Origin: Balanoglossus misakiensis
Lineage: Eukaryota; Animalia; Hemichordata
DNA: 64,000 nt
Assembly: GCA_040954595.2 (NCBI GenBank)
Contig: CM082597.2
Location: forward strand, 4,593,244 to 4,657,243
Reading direction: 5' to 3'
Part shown: positions 1 through 22,457 of the stretch, piece after piece
Numbering within the stretch: the stretch's first letter is position 1
How the letters are laid out: each line of letters opens with the position of its first letter
Program-made: the position numbers and the translations under genes
The notes under the pieces: generated by a model
The model's input: the letters and a program-made list of their open reading frames with translations, nothing else
Told to the model about the DNA's origin: nothing
Databases searched by the model: none

Positions 1-858
1 CAAAATGATGTTTGTATATATATATAAAAAATAGGTTAATGTTTATATAAAGCGGTCATTACTTCAGATTAACCAATCTTGGGCAATGTGGAACGCCGTG
101 AATGGTCTCTCCGCACGTCCATGATCCTTACTGGTTACAGCATCGGGGCACCTGTTAAACACATGTATGAAGAGTGAACGGACAAACCTGACATAGGAAT
201 TGACCAATCAAAAACAATCTTACATCAAACAATTTCATCGGGTGTCTCAAACACATTAAAACACCTCCCACCAAGAATGGTTTTATTTGCATGCATAGAG
301 TCTCTGAACAATTATAGGTCGAGACCAAAACAGCTGTATATATGGCATGTGTTTGACAATGTATGTAGCCAGTTCAATGTAGGTGTTCAAAAACTGATTG
401 TGGACACTTGATCGATAGATACAAGCCTATATGGCGTGAAATTCAACAACGACAAAGATCATGACCGATTGTTGTTAGGGCGGGGCACATCAAACTGTAC
501 TCTCACACGGTAGCAAAATATGGCCATTGAAGAGAACATGGATAATGTAGGTCGTGTTGTCGACCTATATAGTTCTCGAATTATTTGACGCTAAATTACC
601 TATCATGCTTCAACCCTGTGTCCAGCCTACCAGTTTTAAGCGCTGAATTTTTTGTCATTCAAAATCAGATTTATTAAAAAAAATACCAGTTCATCTTCTT
701 GTGGGTTTAATTTTACATCAAAATTGAAGTAATTGAATCATATGAAAAATTAACGTACAAATGTACAGTAAAATGTCTACCCACTTTTATGAGAGGCCAC
801 ATGGATATTATGCTACATGGCCACATTTTACGTTATTTTATTTTTCCCCTTTTTGCAG

Positions 859-3800
859 TTTGTTGACGTCCGATTTCGCCAGCGCTGCTGTATTGATCTC
901 CTTCGGTGCCGTGTTGGGTAAACTTTCTCATGTCCAGTACATCATCATGGCTTTCCTTGAAATCGTCTTCTTCGCTGTCAACGAGTACGTCGGTCTTTAC
1001 TACTTCCAGGTGAGTCTTCCGTCGATTACTTAGCTAACTAACTAGCTACTAGCTAGCTAGCTGACTGGCTAACTTAAAGTGTACAGGTGGATTAATGTAC
1101 TGTGGGTTACCTTGTTGTTGAAGGCTAAATAAAACTGGTGGCATTTTTACATGTGATATGCAAATGAGATAAAATAGTCCCATTGAAAGCGTGGTAAAAC
1201 AGCAACTTCGAGACGTCTTAAAATCATCTGCATGATTATGATGTATACTTATAACAATCACAATTATGAATTATACGTATCATCAGTTTTCTTTCACTGG
1301 TTTCAGCACGAGACGACGAAAATTAGTCAGGAGGTCATTGAGTAAATTGTCCGGTTTCTCACATGTACATAATGCAAATATCAATACATGGAACTACTTT
1401 CTGTGTGTAAACATTGATTGTTATGGACGCTGGAGATAATTTTGCAAGTAACGAAACGTGGCGATTATTGAACATTTGGCAACGTTGATATTTTAATACC
1501 CATCCCACCTGTCGTCAGAAGAACCAAGAATCGGTGATCAGTGTACGCGAATCTCCAAATTTACGAAAATTGCTCGCGATCATCAACACTTCCTACTATT
1601 ACCTATGCGATCGATCCTGTGTCAAACGACTGGAAGACTTGACCCTGTGACCTCACTTTGCATAACAATAGTTGTATAATTTGGCCAATCAACTTCCTCT
1701 CAGGTTTGCGTCGTCTGTGCCGCATCACGTCTGTACTGAAAATCAGTACGCGATGGCCGAACATTCATGTTTCATCAAATGTTGGAGAACATATGCGATA
1801 AGAAAAGAAGTCCATGACGTCTGCGCACTACATGTATGTTGGTGAAAGTATTTCAAGCTGTAGAATACACCACATCACTTGTGAAAATATATTCTGCGGC
1901 AAGCAGAGACTGGGCGCAGAGGTCATGACGTTCTGTCATAGCTAAAAGCTTGCGCCAAATTAAATAGTGTCTGAATAGCAACAAACACTAATTGTTTTGA
2001 GCGGTATGGTTAAAACATCTTCCAATTATTCAGATCTATAAATTGAAGTACGGTGAATTAGCGTTACACAAGTGAGGCGTGTGCACATAATTTTCCTTCC
2101 TCCTTCAACTGTCCAACTCTAGCGAGACACGGCATTTAAATCGCTATTAATTAGGCCTAGATATTTCAATGCCATGACCCCGAGATGAATTTTATAGGGG
2201 TGCGCTTCTGTTTCTAAGCGAGCAAAGGAGAATGTTCATGATTAACAAGTACACAGAAGCCGTCTTCCGAAATTGCCAGATATACGCCATTGATCTGGAG
2301 ACAAGTTTCCATAAACAATGTACAGGTCTAGGTACAAGTGCCTCATTATTACTGAATTTGTCTGCGAGCTTCGGCTGCATTTGCCGACAAAGAGCAGTAT
2401 TTGCAAAAAAGGGTCACCGTGACAAAGGGATGAATCAGTGCCTGACGAAAACACATAAGAAATAAAGGCTTGATAAACAATGTTAGTTTTTTTTCTGGGA
2501 CAAGTATACAGTCTGGATACAGTCTAACTCTCCCCTATCCAAATCAGGAGCGTCTCTTCAGAAATACCCCCAATCCGAAGCAACGTACACACCACGTCAG
2601 GTGTTTTGCTAGAATTTGTCTGGGATGCCAACGGCAACGTGTTGTGATAGATCCTTTCAGAAATGGAGCCACCCCATACGTAACAACACAAGGTCGATTT
2701 GAACAAGACATTGAAAAGCCACTTTATAAATGTTGTTCTGATTACGTTCTCCTATGTAGGCACTTATCAGGATACAATCGACGCGGAATGTTTCTTAAAG
2801 ACAACAAGGACGGAAAACATGTCCCCGGGGAAGAATTGCTGGTTTCAGTCACTGATACTTTTGTTCATAGCATGTACTATACAATAGACGGAGTTAATCG
2901 AGAATGAAAGCGTTTACAACTGATTACTTCTCTTGATTTGAATAGTTTCCTCGTGCATGCTTTGTCACAGGTTCGCAAAAATGTTATTTCATCTAGGTTG
3001 TTGTTGTTGTTGTTGTTGTTGTTTTTGACTGCGACAACACCAACAGGGAGAAACAACACAACAGCTCACCCAAAATCAAAGGAGTCATTTTTCATGTCAC
3101 CTTTCATTGCGGCAAAAGGGGACTTTTTCCGGTTATGGCTTCCTTCCCCAAAAAACCCGTGGCGACGCATGGCTTTTCTACTTTTAATTTGTTTTCAGAT
3201 AGTTGTTGTCAAGTTTATTTATAAGCTAAAATTAATTCAGACTCACCATGAATAAACCTGGCCCACAGCCAAAATAACTGTAAGCTAGATGAGGCAAAAA
3301 AAAAACATTGTCAATTAAGAATGAACACAATGGCGGCATTACAGATGAAAACAATGTCGACGCTGAGCTTTTATAATGGACGAGGACATTGACAAGCAAC
3401 AACTCATTTTTAGCACCATGAAAATCACTACAATTAATAAACTTCACTTAATTTAAATATGTCCAAAGCGTCCAATGCAAAGGGGTCATCGACCGCTATG
3501 AAGGGTTATATAAGAAGATCAAAGCATTAGTATACAAAATGCTGAATCAGCAATTCCGGTCCATGGTGCCGAGTACCGCACCCTTAGGCGTCAAGTTTGT
3601 TTTCCTTTGAGACATGAGTGGCCATAACATTACAAATCACTCTCCGTAAAACAAATGTCCAAAGGGCATTTTGTCTACTCAATGAATGCTGTACCTCCTC
3701 GTAGACATAGAAATGCAATGTAGTTTATCTGCTCGCAAGAGTGTTGAAATAAATAATGCAATAAATTTTTGGAAGATTTTTGCATATAGGTAACGACATT

Positions 3801-4230
3801 CTGTGCTTCATAGCTTAGCATTATTTGACTTTGATCTTGAGACAATGATATATGTTATCATAGCTCTCGTGCAGTCGGTATAACGATCCCTGGTGAAAAC
3901 ATGCAAAAATTATGTTTAATATGATTTTACTGACGTGACATCTCATTTCAGGTTTCTGATGTTGGTGGTTCCATGTTTGTACATGTCTTTGGCGCGTATT
4001 TCGGATTGGCCGTGGCAAGAGTTGTCTTCAAGAAGCCAATGGAGGGCAGTGATAAAGAAGGAAGCAACTACACAACGGATCTGTTCTCAATGATTGGTCA
4101 GTGAAAGTCTCGTGTTCATAGTGATTGATAAGTGGAAATACTGTTTTTGTCGCTTAAACTTGAAAGTATACCAATTAATTTGCTATTTCATTCACTTTGG
4201 TCAAAACAATGCATAGTAGTTATTGGTAGA

Positions 4231-4264
<34 letters not shown>

Positions 4265-5343
4265 GGTGGTGATGATGATAATGATGGTGATGATAATAGA
4301 TTGATACATGATTGTCTGATATACAACATGTGCATTAACCAATGGACACTATGCGAGTCTCTGATTTATCAACGCAGGGTTCCACCGGGGCATTAATAAC
4401 ATTGTGTTTTTATTCGGTTTTGCAAGCTACCCTGGTGAGTGGGGTTGATGATGGAGTGCATACTATCATTTTATTTCAGGTACCATCTTCTTATGGATGT
4501 TTTGGCCAAGTTTTAACAGTGCATTGGCGCCAGGTGATGATCAACACAGAGCAGTTGTTAACACCTACTATGCTCTGGCAGCTTGCTGCGTCACTACTTT
4601 TGCCATGTCATCTGCTGTAAACAAAGAGGGCAAAATCGACATGGTGAGCATTCTGTATCAACTAAACGTTTTCTGAATCCAAAAGTATAAATGTTCTATT
4701 CTTCAAAAAATTGTGTAACGCTGTATGCAGACCTCTTTTAGACTGACGTGTGTATGAGTAAAGTGTACGTGTACATACATAAGATATTGTTTGTGCCACC
4801 AACACTGTTTGAAGTCCAAGTGACATTTGTTCCTTTGGGCATGTAGTCTTACATGTATAGTTTTTTGTAACTTAGGTAACTTCTGTTGTTATCTGTGTCC
4901 AACGGTAGTATCAAAAGGGGCACAGCTTATGTCAGTAGCCATCCTGGCTATGCTACTATTGTTTTTAAATCGCATTTGTTTCAAGTAGGAATGTCATTGA
5001 GTGTAGTCAATGTACCTTGTAAAACTAAACAGAAGAAATTCTTCCTAACAAAATATTTACAAGGTTTCAGCTTATTCGGGCGAATGTACTGAAGTGCCCA
5101 TTTGAGAGCAACTCAATGTTATCACAACATTTGCACTTACAGCGTTTCTATATTAACCATATTTAAATCTCCTGACATTTTTTCTACTCGTCTGTCTGTT
5201 TCTTTGATGGATAGGCTATGTCTCCTTTGGATTCCGTTGTTGAAGGCCATATCATACACAAACGTCTCCTATAAATCAAAGTCCTTACGTCATCCATACA
5301 TTAATGTCAGTATACTCGAAGTGTTTATTCTAAAATATTATTG

Positions 5344-5426
<83 letters not shown>

Positions 5427-8053
5427 TAAATGAGTGCAATCACTTACTGTATTTGTGTTGTTTTTGTTTTTTAAGGTCCATATTCAGAATTCCACCTTGG
5501 CAGGAGGCGTGGCTGTTGGAACATGTGCCAACATGATGATCTATCCATGGGGGGCAATGTTGATCGGCATGATTGCTGCAGTTATCTCTGTCATCGGATT
5601 CAAGTGGATCACAGTGAGTGTTAATTAAACATTCTATTATACAGAGGTAATGGTTACCTACACAGCCACCTTGTTTATCTACGTATCAACGATGAAGGAA
5701 TCCTCTAATCTTGCCCCAGAGTCATGACTAATTAAAGGTCTAAAATGACGTAAACTGAAAAGTTAATTACCTTGTTGGTTTAACTGTCATTGCCAATTCC
5801 CTTTTTACTAGACCTGAGCTTTCAGCTCAATGATGTGACTGTATGCTACACTGCATCTTTTCTTAGTAATAGTGTTAATAGGGTTGCTTCTATTAAAATA
5901 ACTGGCATAGTTTCATCCTTGTATGTATGTATGTATGTATGTATGTATGTATGTATGTATGTATGTATGTATGTATGTATGTATGTATGTATGTATGTAT
6001 GTATGTATGTATGTATGTATGTATGTATGTATGTATGTATGTATGTATGTATGTATGTATGTATGTATGTATGTATGTATGTATGTATGTATGTATGTAT
6101 GTATGTATGTATGTATGTATGTATGTATGTATGTCAATGGTTTTGTGAGTCTGTACTCAATGTAAACATTTCAAATGGTTTACACTTTTAACAAACAGAA
6201 ACTGGCAAAACTTGTTGTGATGGGATATCAGCAAACGAAGACTTTCACAGAAGTGATCGACTGATTTTAATTTTGTTTTCTAGCCATGGATGTCATCCAA
6301 ACTTCATATCCACGACACTTGCGGAGTCAACAACCTTCACGGCATGCCTGGCCTAGTGGCCGGAATTGCTGGTGGCGTGGCAGCTGCAGTGGCTCAAGTC
6401 AGCACCTATGGTTACGGGTAAGAAATTCATGGTGGTCACGACATCTCGCGAGACTTGGTTAATTATTGCACCCACTGGCTACCAGCCAAGTGGTACATGT
6501 CAAGCTTTGTATGGAAGTAGAATGAGTGTAACACAAGTTGTAACTTTTGTGCCGTCTAACACAAAGGGGCTTATATTGTAATAGTTTGTTGTTGGTTCAG
6601 TGTTACATGATAATGCCCTTCTATATAAACTACCTAGCCACGCGAGATCTCGCAGGATCTCGTAGAGTTGAGAAAATGGTCTATTGGACATGCTGCATGT
6701 AGTGTACTAGTAAAATATACAGTGTAAGTTTATACATGCCCAGTGGAATAATGCAAAGCAGTGGGGAATAAATCTTCTGTCTTTTTAAAGATAATTCATG
6801 TAATTATAAACTTGGCATTAATACTGTGTGGTAGAATTAAATCAATTAGTGATTATTATGAGTGACAACTATTTCATTTAATATACCACTCGCTTCACCA
6901 CACAGACTGTATGAAGTATTTCCTGCAAGAGCTCCGGCCGTTAACACCACTGCATTTACAGAGACCGTCGCTGAGTTCACCATAGATGCTGGGGCTGGAC
7001 GTTCCGCAGAAGTACAAGCTGGATTCCAATTCGCTGCCTTGTTTGTCACCCTTGCCATTGCCATAGTTACCGGCATGCTGACAGGTATGGCAGCCATGTT
7101 GTTAGTTTAGGTTGAGTCCACTGCAAAGTCGTGTTTCAAATTTGAAGATATGTTGTTTGTCACCCTTGCCATTGCCATAGCTACTGACATGTTGACAGTT
7201 ATGGTAGACATGTTGTTAATTTAGTTGTAGTGCATGATTTTCAAGTGTGCAACCGACTGAAAATCTGTGATTTGATATATTTGTTTTATATAAATTTGCA
7301 TAGGTGACCGACACTATATCTTGAACATTCGTATACATGTGTATATATTTTAGGTTTGCTGTTGAGAATTCCAGTCTTGGGTCAGCTGAAATCTACAGAG
7401 TATTATGATGATACTAACTACTGGGAGGTGAGTCAATACACACAAGACCAACAATGATTATCAGTGCATTCAGTGACATGTGGTGTTGATTCATGGCTGT
7501 ACACCTTGTAATCCATACATCATTCTGTCTTGGTTTAGCCTACATACTTAGCCCTTTCAGTGCCAAGGTCAACTTGTCATCTTTCATAACAATCAATCCT
7601 TCTAATGTTTTCCACTTTTTTTTCAAAAACATTGATCAGGAGTCAGGACCTGTTGGTAATTGAGATTTATGTCCACTTTGTCCAAAAATAAGTACAAATA
7701 GAGAAAAAAATGTGAAATGTTGGACTAACATTTTGGCAGGAAAATAGTGGTGTTCAAATGCTTAATCAGACAGGTTGTTTGCACATATAAGATAAGGACC
7801 ATTATGTCTTTAAAGGTTCATGCAATACACAACTAAGTTGACCTAAGTGTCTAAATTAACAAACTTCAATTTTACCATGTTTACTGAAGGCAATATTTTT
7901 CTAAATCCTGACTTAGTGTCCTGAACATACTGTATCACGGTAAAATATCTGCTTTTTCTATTTCAGCTTCCTGCAGAGGAGGAAAGCTATGTCAACGTGA
8001 CAGTGGATGAAACAATCGGCGACAAGAAACCTGATGATGAATCAAGGATGTAA
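859..8053 (+). CDS. Rh50: Rh-family (Rh50/RhAG-RhBG-RhCG-like) ammonium transporter, 5'-partial (first exons lie upstream of the window)
   Basis: GT-AG exons 859-1009, 3952-4096, 4480-4643, 5476-5613, 6284-6417, 6906-7084, 7354-7427 and 7967-8053 splice in frame. They give Rh motifs [67 protein letters not shown] and [14 protein letters not shown], ending ESRM-stop. Confidence 0.93.
2997..3022. repeat. (GTT)n microsatellite
   Basis: Direct reading; Rh intron. Confidence 0.9.
4229..4297. repeat. Compound (GAT)n/(GGT)n microsatellite
   Basis: Direct reading; Rh intron. Confidence 0.85.
5344..5424. repeat. (AATC)n microsatellite
   Basis: About 20 perfect tetranucleotide units. Confidence 0.95.
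5920..6134. repeat. (TGTA)n microsatellite
   Basis: About 53 perfect units; source of the spurious MYVC/YIHT ORFs. Confidence 0.97.
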
Positions 8054-10023
8054 CCATGTAAATGACAAGAGAAAAAGGAATGTACTGAAGGAAGGAGTGG
8101 AGAGTGACACACAGGCTGATGGGTTATACTTAGGTGGTGGGCGAGAGTGAATCTCTCAAGCTGGTTACTGGAAACCCTCTCCCTCCCTATAGCTCATTCC
8201 TGAAGTATTAAAAGCACTATATCTTAATTCAAGATAAACTGCTTAAAGCTATGGTAGTAGACCATACTATTTCAGCAAAAGGGGTATACACATCATGATA
8301 TCAGAATATAAGGCTCTTGGTGTCCAAAAACACTGCTTATAATATTGTAGTATATGTTATCAATTATGAATATACTAAATCTTTTGTAAGAGAAGTTGTG
8401 GTAGATGGTAGGGATGATATAAACATAACATACAAGTTGACTTGATGAGAGAGGTTTTTCTAGAGAGATGATCTCACTGGAAACGTGTTGTTGTGAAACT
8501 TCTGAAAAGTTATGAGCACATGTAAGGGATATATTTTTATTAAAATATGCTGTCGTAATTCTAAGACCGCTATTTATTGGATCATAGTGTTATATGATCT
8601 GCTGATAAATTTGCTTACATTTAGGCGTATACTATTAATGGTTTTATTGGATAAAATGTGTCACATGTTATGTTAATTCATGTTTTTATTTTTCTAAATA
8701 TTGAGGATCACAAGTTAATATGCCATTTTATTGTATTTTAACATTATATAAAGTATTTATAGTCATTATAAAACTAGCTGGAATTAACTTGGATGATGTA
8801 TCAGAGCTATTTTATAATCATAATATTCATTTTAGAAATTTTGAAGACAGGAAGGGTTGGTTTGATCCTGTTGCTAGCATGCTCAGCATTTCACATGCAA
8901 CAAGATCAGCAGAGAATAATTTCTTTGAAAAATGTTCTTTTTTTCATGAGTTACGGTATTTTGGAAGACACATTTTGCAGGAGTTTCTTTTGTGATTAAA
9001 TTGATTAATATTAACATCTGAATGTAATTTTCCAAAATTTCGATCTCACGCATAATTCTTGAGTTAAAATACTGGTACAGCATGTGAAACGGCTAATAGT
9101 ATCGTTATTGACTCTGTCCCTTTAAACAGTGTCAGCTTTTACAGAGCAACATCAATACTCAGAAGCAATTTCGAGTAATCAGAATATGTTTTTATTAGAT
9201 CCTGGCTGGGTTATGGGAAAATGTCAAAAGTGCTAACGTAAAGCAATTTTGCAGTGCGTTGGTCTGATCATGTCGACATCATGACGTGTCAAGATAGGAA
9301 ACATCAACCAACACCAGAAGACTGTTCATAAAAGTACTGAGACTGCCGAAAAATCTATTTAACCCAAGAAGCCAAGATGGTGTCATGTGGTAAATAGGCC
9401 ATTTCTGGTTACCACGGTATCCAGCAGAGAGGTCAATCACAGGTCATACTGACCTGACACATGGCTAAACAAATGCTGACCTTAGTTCAACTTCATTAAA
9501 GGTCCATTAGCTGTAACTTTTCGCCACCTCAACTATTTTTGATGAATTTTGGATATCAGTCAGCACTAACATTACTGATTTTAATAAATATTTTTTTAAA
9601 AGAAAATGAAAATTTTGTGAGTTGTTTATGAGTCATCAAATTATTTAGCAATGACCACACAATCAACCTGCACAAAAACGTAATGATTCCATACACAAGT
9701 GACACAATTTAGATACAAAAATCCTTTAGGCTTTATTTCTTAAAAGTAATGTGAACAAAAAAAATACAAAACAAAAAAAAGTGTTTACACTTGGTTAATC
9801 CACCAAAATAGAAATCATAATGAGTAATGAGGACATTTCTAAATTTAAGATTTCAATAACCATTCAATAATCAATTCCCCCTCCCCATCCAGATGAAACA
9901 CCAGTCTGATTCAAATTGAGAAATGCATGTACAGGTATTTTGGTGTGTATGTTGTAAGAGACATATTCATGCACTGATTGCAATTTCTGTGGCTATCCCT
10001 ACTGAAGTGACTGTTTTACTGTA

Positions 10024-12740
10024 CTATGAAATCTGATCAAGATCTTCTGTGTCCTCTGGTGTTACTTTTGGTGCGCGCAAGTTTTTCTGCAGTACATGTG
10101 CGTCGGATGGTTCGATTCTCTTGTAGTAGTGTTTCTTCGTCTCGATAATTTCAAATCCAAATTTTTGGTAGAACGCTATTGCAGACTCGTTGTTTATCTG
10201 AACATGACTGGAAGAAAAAAAAAAGAAAAAAAATTAGCGAAATTTGCAGTGTGAGATGTTGCAAAACATTGGATACAATTCATTTTCTGACACTTTTGAA
10301 TGTAAGCCAAATTCCTATTCAACTTTTACTTCAAACTTGAACTGTGGCCGTTGGGGGCGCTATTAGCATGTCACATGTCGGCATTTTACAGGGGCAAAGA
10401 AAGAACACCACTCCCAAAATGAATGTTACTTACAGAAAGAGATTGTCGAAGTTCCCTTCCTTTTCACAATAGTTGAGTACGTGATGCAACATAACTGTAC
10501 CTGTCAGAAAAAAAAGACAAATTCTTTGTTAGGTTGCTTTCATCAAATTTAGTACAACTTTACATGGTTGAGATGTGATGGAGCAGGAACTTATTAGCAA
10601 AGTGGGACCACCAGCAAACAGTATTTACCAATTCCAAGTCTTCTGTACGGAGCCAGACATCCCAGGGTCATGATGTAGAGTCTGCGCTGTCCATCTTCTG
10701 TTGTGTCAATGCGACAGCACACAGCACCAACTACAATGTCATTGAAGTAAGCTAGATTGAATGCAAAAAAAATATAAAAGTCCATTAAAATTCAGATATT
10801 CAAGGGATTGTTACTATAAAACACAATGTATTTCAATTCTTAGAGATGAATGATTTGGATACCCAGTAAAACCTCTGTTGAATCATGCTATTACAGTATT
10901 ATCACTTACCTAATTTTGCAAGTTCTCCAACTTCTAAGACATCTTTGTAAAATTTATCATTATATGACACAGGAAAGACCACTTGATTGAGCCGTTTTAA
11001 TTGTTTTATATTGTGCTGGGTGATATCACCCAATTCTGTTCTTCCTCTGTGAAGGAAAGGAAAAGGAAATTAAACCAAAGGCATGAATCTCTGTTGAGAT
11101 AGTACACACATATACATGTTGTACAAACACCCACCATTGCTGTTTGGGACACAGGTAGCTGTGATATTTCTATGTCGGAGAATTATAGTGAGGTCATTGG
11201 TTATCCCGCAGAACGAGCACGAAGTGCGAGAAGGTTTGACATGACTTTCGGACAGAGTTCAATAAAACGTCACGAAATCAAAAAAAATCAAACTTGAGCG
11301 ACCAAATACATACCCAGAACGATAAAATATTCTACTGTGCATTTAATCGCCACCTTCATTAGGTTCCTTATCAGCACTAGCGTGAGTATTTCCCCAAAAC
11401 TAACAACTGGGACAAAAATGTACAAATGCTACACAGATCGCCTCCATCTTGAACTACCATATCATCATACTGCGCATGCGTAAGCGTTTACCCATTCACG
11501 TTAATGGCGGCGATCTGTGTAGCATTTGTACATTTTGTCCCAGTTGTTAGTTTTGGGGAAATACTCACGCTAGTGCTGATAAGGAACCTAATGAAGGTGG
11601 CGATTAAATGCACAGTAGAATATTTTATCGTTCTGGGTATGTATTTGGTCGCTCAAGTTTGATTTTTTTGATTTCGTGACGTTTTATTGAACTCTGTCCG
11701 AAAGTCATGTCAAACCTTCTCGCACTTCGTGCTCGTTCTGCGGGATAACTAGCTCTGCGTGGCAGGGCTGTGTTGTTACGGCGAGCCTCCACCCACAGCC
11801 CTGCAAAGCTCCATAGACAAAACTGGCGAAACTCAACGGATTTGTATCGGCAGGGTTTCCTTACCGAAAACCGCCGATTTCGAACTCAAAACGTGGGTCG
11901 ATCTTCGTTACTGGCCTCGATTACTCCACTCGCTAGCAATTTGAGCTCAACTCTACCTGATTTTCGATGTTTAGGCTCCTGGGTTAACTCGTTGGTCAAC
12001 GAGATCGAAATGGCTGCGTTCTTAGGGGTCTTCTCGCATTAACATCGAAAATGGGGCTTAACGCAAGCAATTAGGTAGAGTTGAGCTCAAATTGCTAGCG
12101 ACTGGAGTAATCGAGGCCAGTAACGAAGATCGACCCACGTTTTGAGTTCGAAATCGGCGGTTTTCGGTAAGGAAACCCTGCCGATACAAATCCGTTGAGT
12201 TTCGCCAGTTTTGTCTATGGAGCTTTGCAGGGCTGTGGGTGGAGGCTCGCCGTAACAACACAGCCCTGCCACGCAGAGCTACGGGATAACCAATGACCTC
12301 ACTATAATTCTCCGACATAGAAATATCACAGCTACCTGTGGTTTGGGAGGGATGGAGATTGGGGGGGGGGGGAGGGGGGGGATCGGTCTGGTTTTGCCGT
12401 TCAATCCCCAACACCCAGCAGAAAAGACGAACTACGGTAGGGCAGCCATGCATGTACCACAGACTGCAAGGAGGAACCGTACAGTACATATACAGCAACA
12501 CTACATCATACATGTCCTAAGAAACCCAAACCATGGCACATGTGCTACTGCATGTATAGGCAACCATACATGATCCTGTACATACATACAGGACGACTTC
12601 GTGGTGGCAGGTCCGTATTCGTGACATCGGGGACGAAAAACACGCTGAATATTAGTTTCATGTCACCAGGAAACAATCACACACTTTGTATTGTCACTTT
12701 TATGTTTTGAGTATTTACCGATTACCACTTACCTCGTCAT
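10024..12740 (-). CDS. NAA50: N-alpha-acetyltransferase 50 (NatE catalytic subunit), 172 aa
   Basis: Exons 12740-12733, 11046-10910, 10751-10629, 10500-10434 and 10207-10024 total 519 nt. Translation MTRGRTELGDITQHNIKQLKRLNQVVFPVSYNDKFYKDVLEVGELAKLAYFNDIVVGAVCCR...LYIMTLGCLAPYRRLGIG...LHVQINNESAIAFYQKFGFEIIETKKHYYKRIEPSDAHVLQK matches the NAA50 family nearly residue for residue. Confidence 0.97.
11150..12340. mobile_element. Non-autonomous foldback DNA transposon with 59-bp perfect TIRs, an 8-bp TSD and two internal long hairpins
   Basis: TIRs 11150-11208 and 12282-12340 (CACAGGTAGC...GCTACCTGTG). TSD GTTTGGGA at 11142-11149 and 12341-12348. Internal inverted pairs 11200-11442/11509-11749 and 11750-11958/12073-12281. 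Confidence 0.9.
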
Positions 12741-13062
12741 TTTCCTTTGACAACCTGGCTGTAGAGTTACGAATGGCAAGCTCAACTTCCCGGTAAATCG
12801 CAGCGCATGCGTACAACACTGCCGACAGTTATTCTAAAGTGACACGTCTAAAAAAGCGAAAACAGTCCGCAAATAATAACACAATTTGTGACCTAAATTT
12901 CTAAATGTTCCTTGTATCCCATCAATTCCATTCCTTTATTCTGCAATCTGCCACTCACAATTTTTGACTTTTTGGCTGTGAACTTACTAGAGAAGTGAAA
13001 CACCAACAAACACATACCGGAAGTGATCATCGTCACATGATCGACGGACGAACTCTGCAAAG
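12741..13062. promoter_or_regulatory. Bidirectional promoter/5' region of NAA50 and ATP6V1A
   Basis: 322 bp between divergent ATGs. NRF1-like GCGCATGCGT at 12803-12812, ETS CCGGAAGT at 13017-13024, MiT/TFE-type GTCACATGAT at 13032-13041. Confidence 0.7.

Positions 13063-22457
<9,395 letters not shown>

Noticed and set aside
2192-3447. Several 60-145-aa ORFs in the long Rh intron
   Set aside because: They have no recognisable domains or consistent splice structure and are probably chance or decayed repeats.
5790-6191. MYVC/YIHT repeat ORFs
   Set aside because: They are translations of the (TGTA)n microsatellite.
6444-6453. TCTCGCGAGA (BANP/ZBTB33-type palindrome) in an Rh intron
   Set aside because: It is a single 10-mer with no supporting promoter context.
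11759-12513. Mirror-image ORFs on both strands
   Set aside because: They arise from the hairpin B arms of the foldback element and have no transposase motifs.
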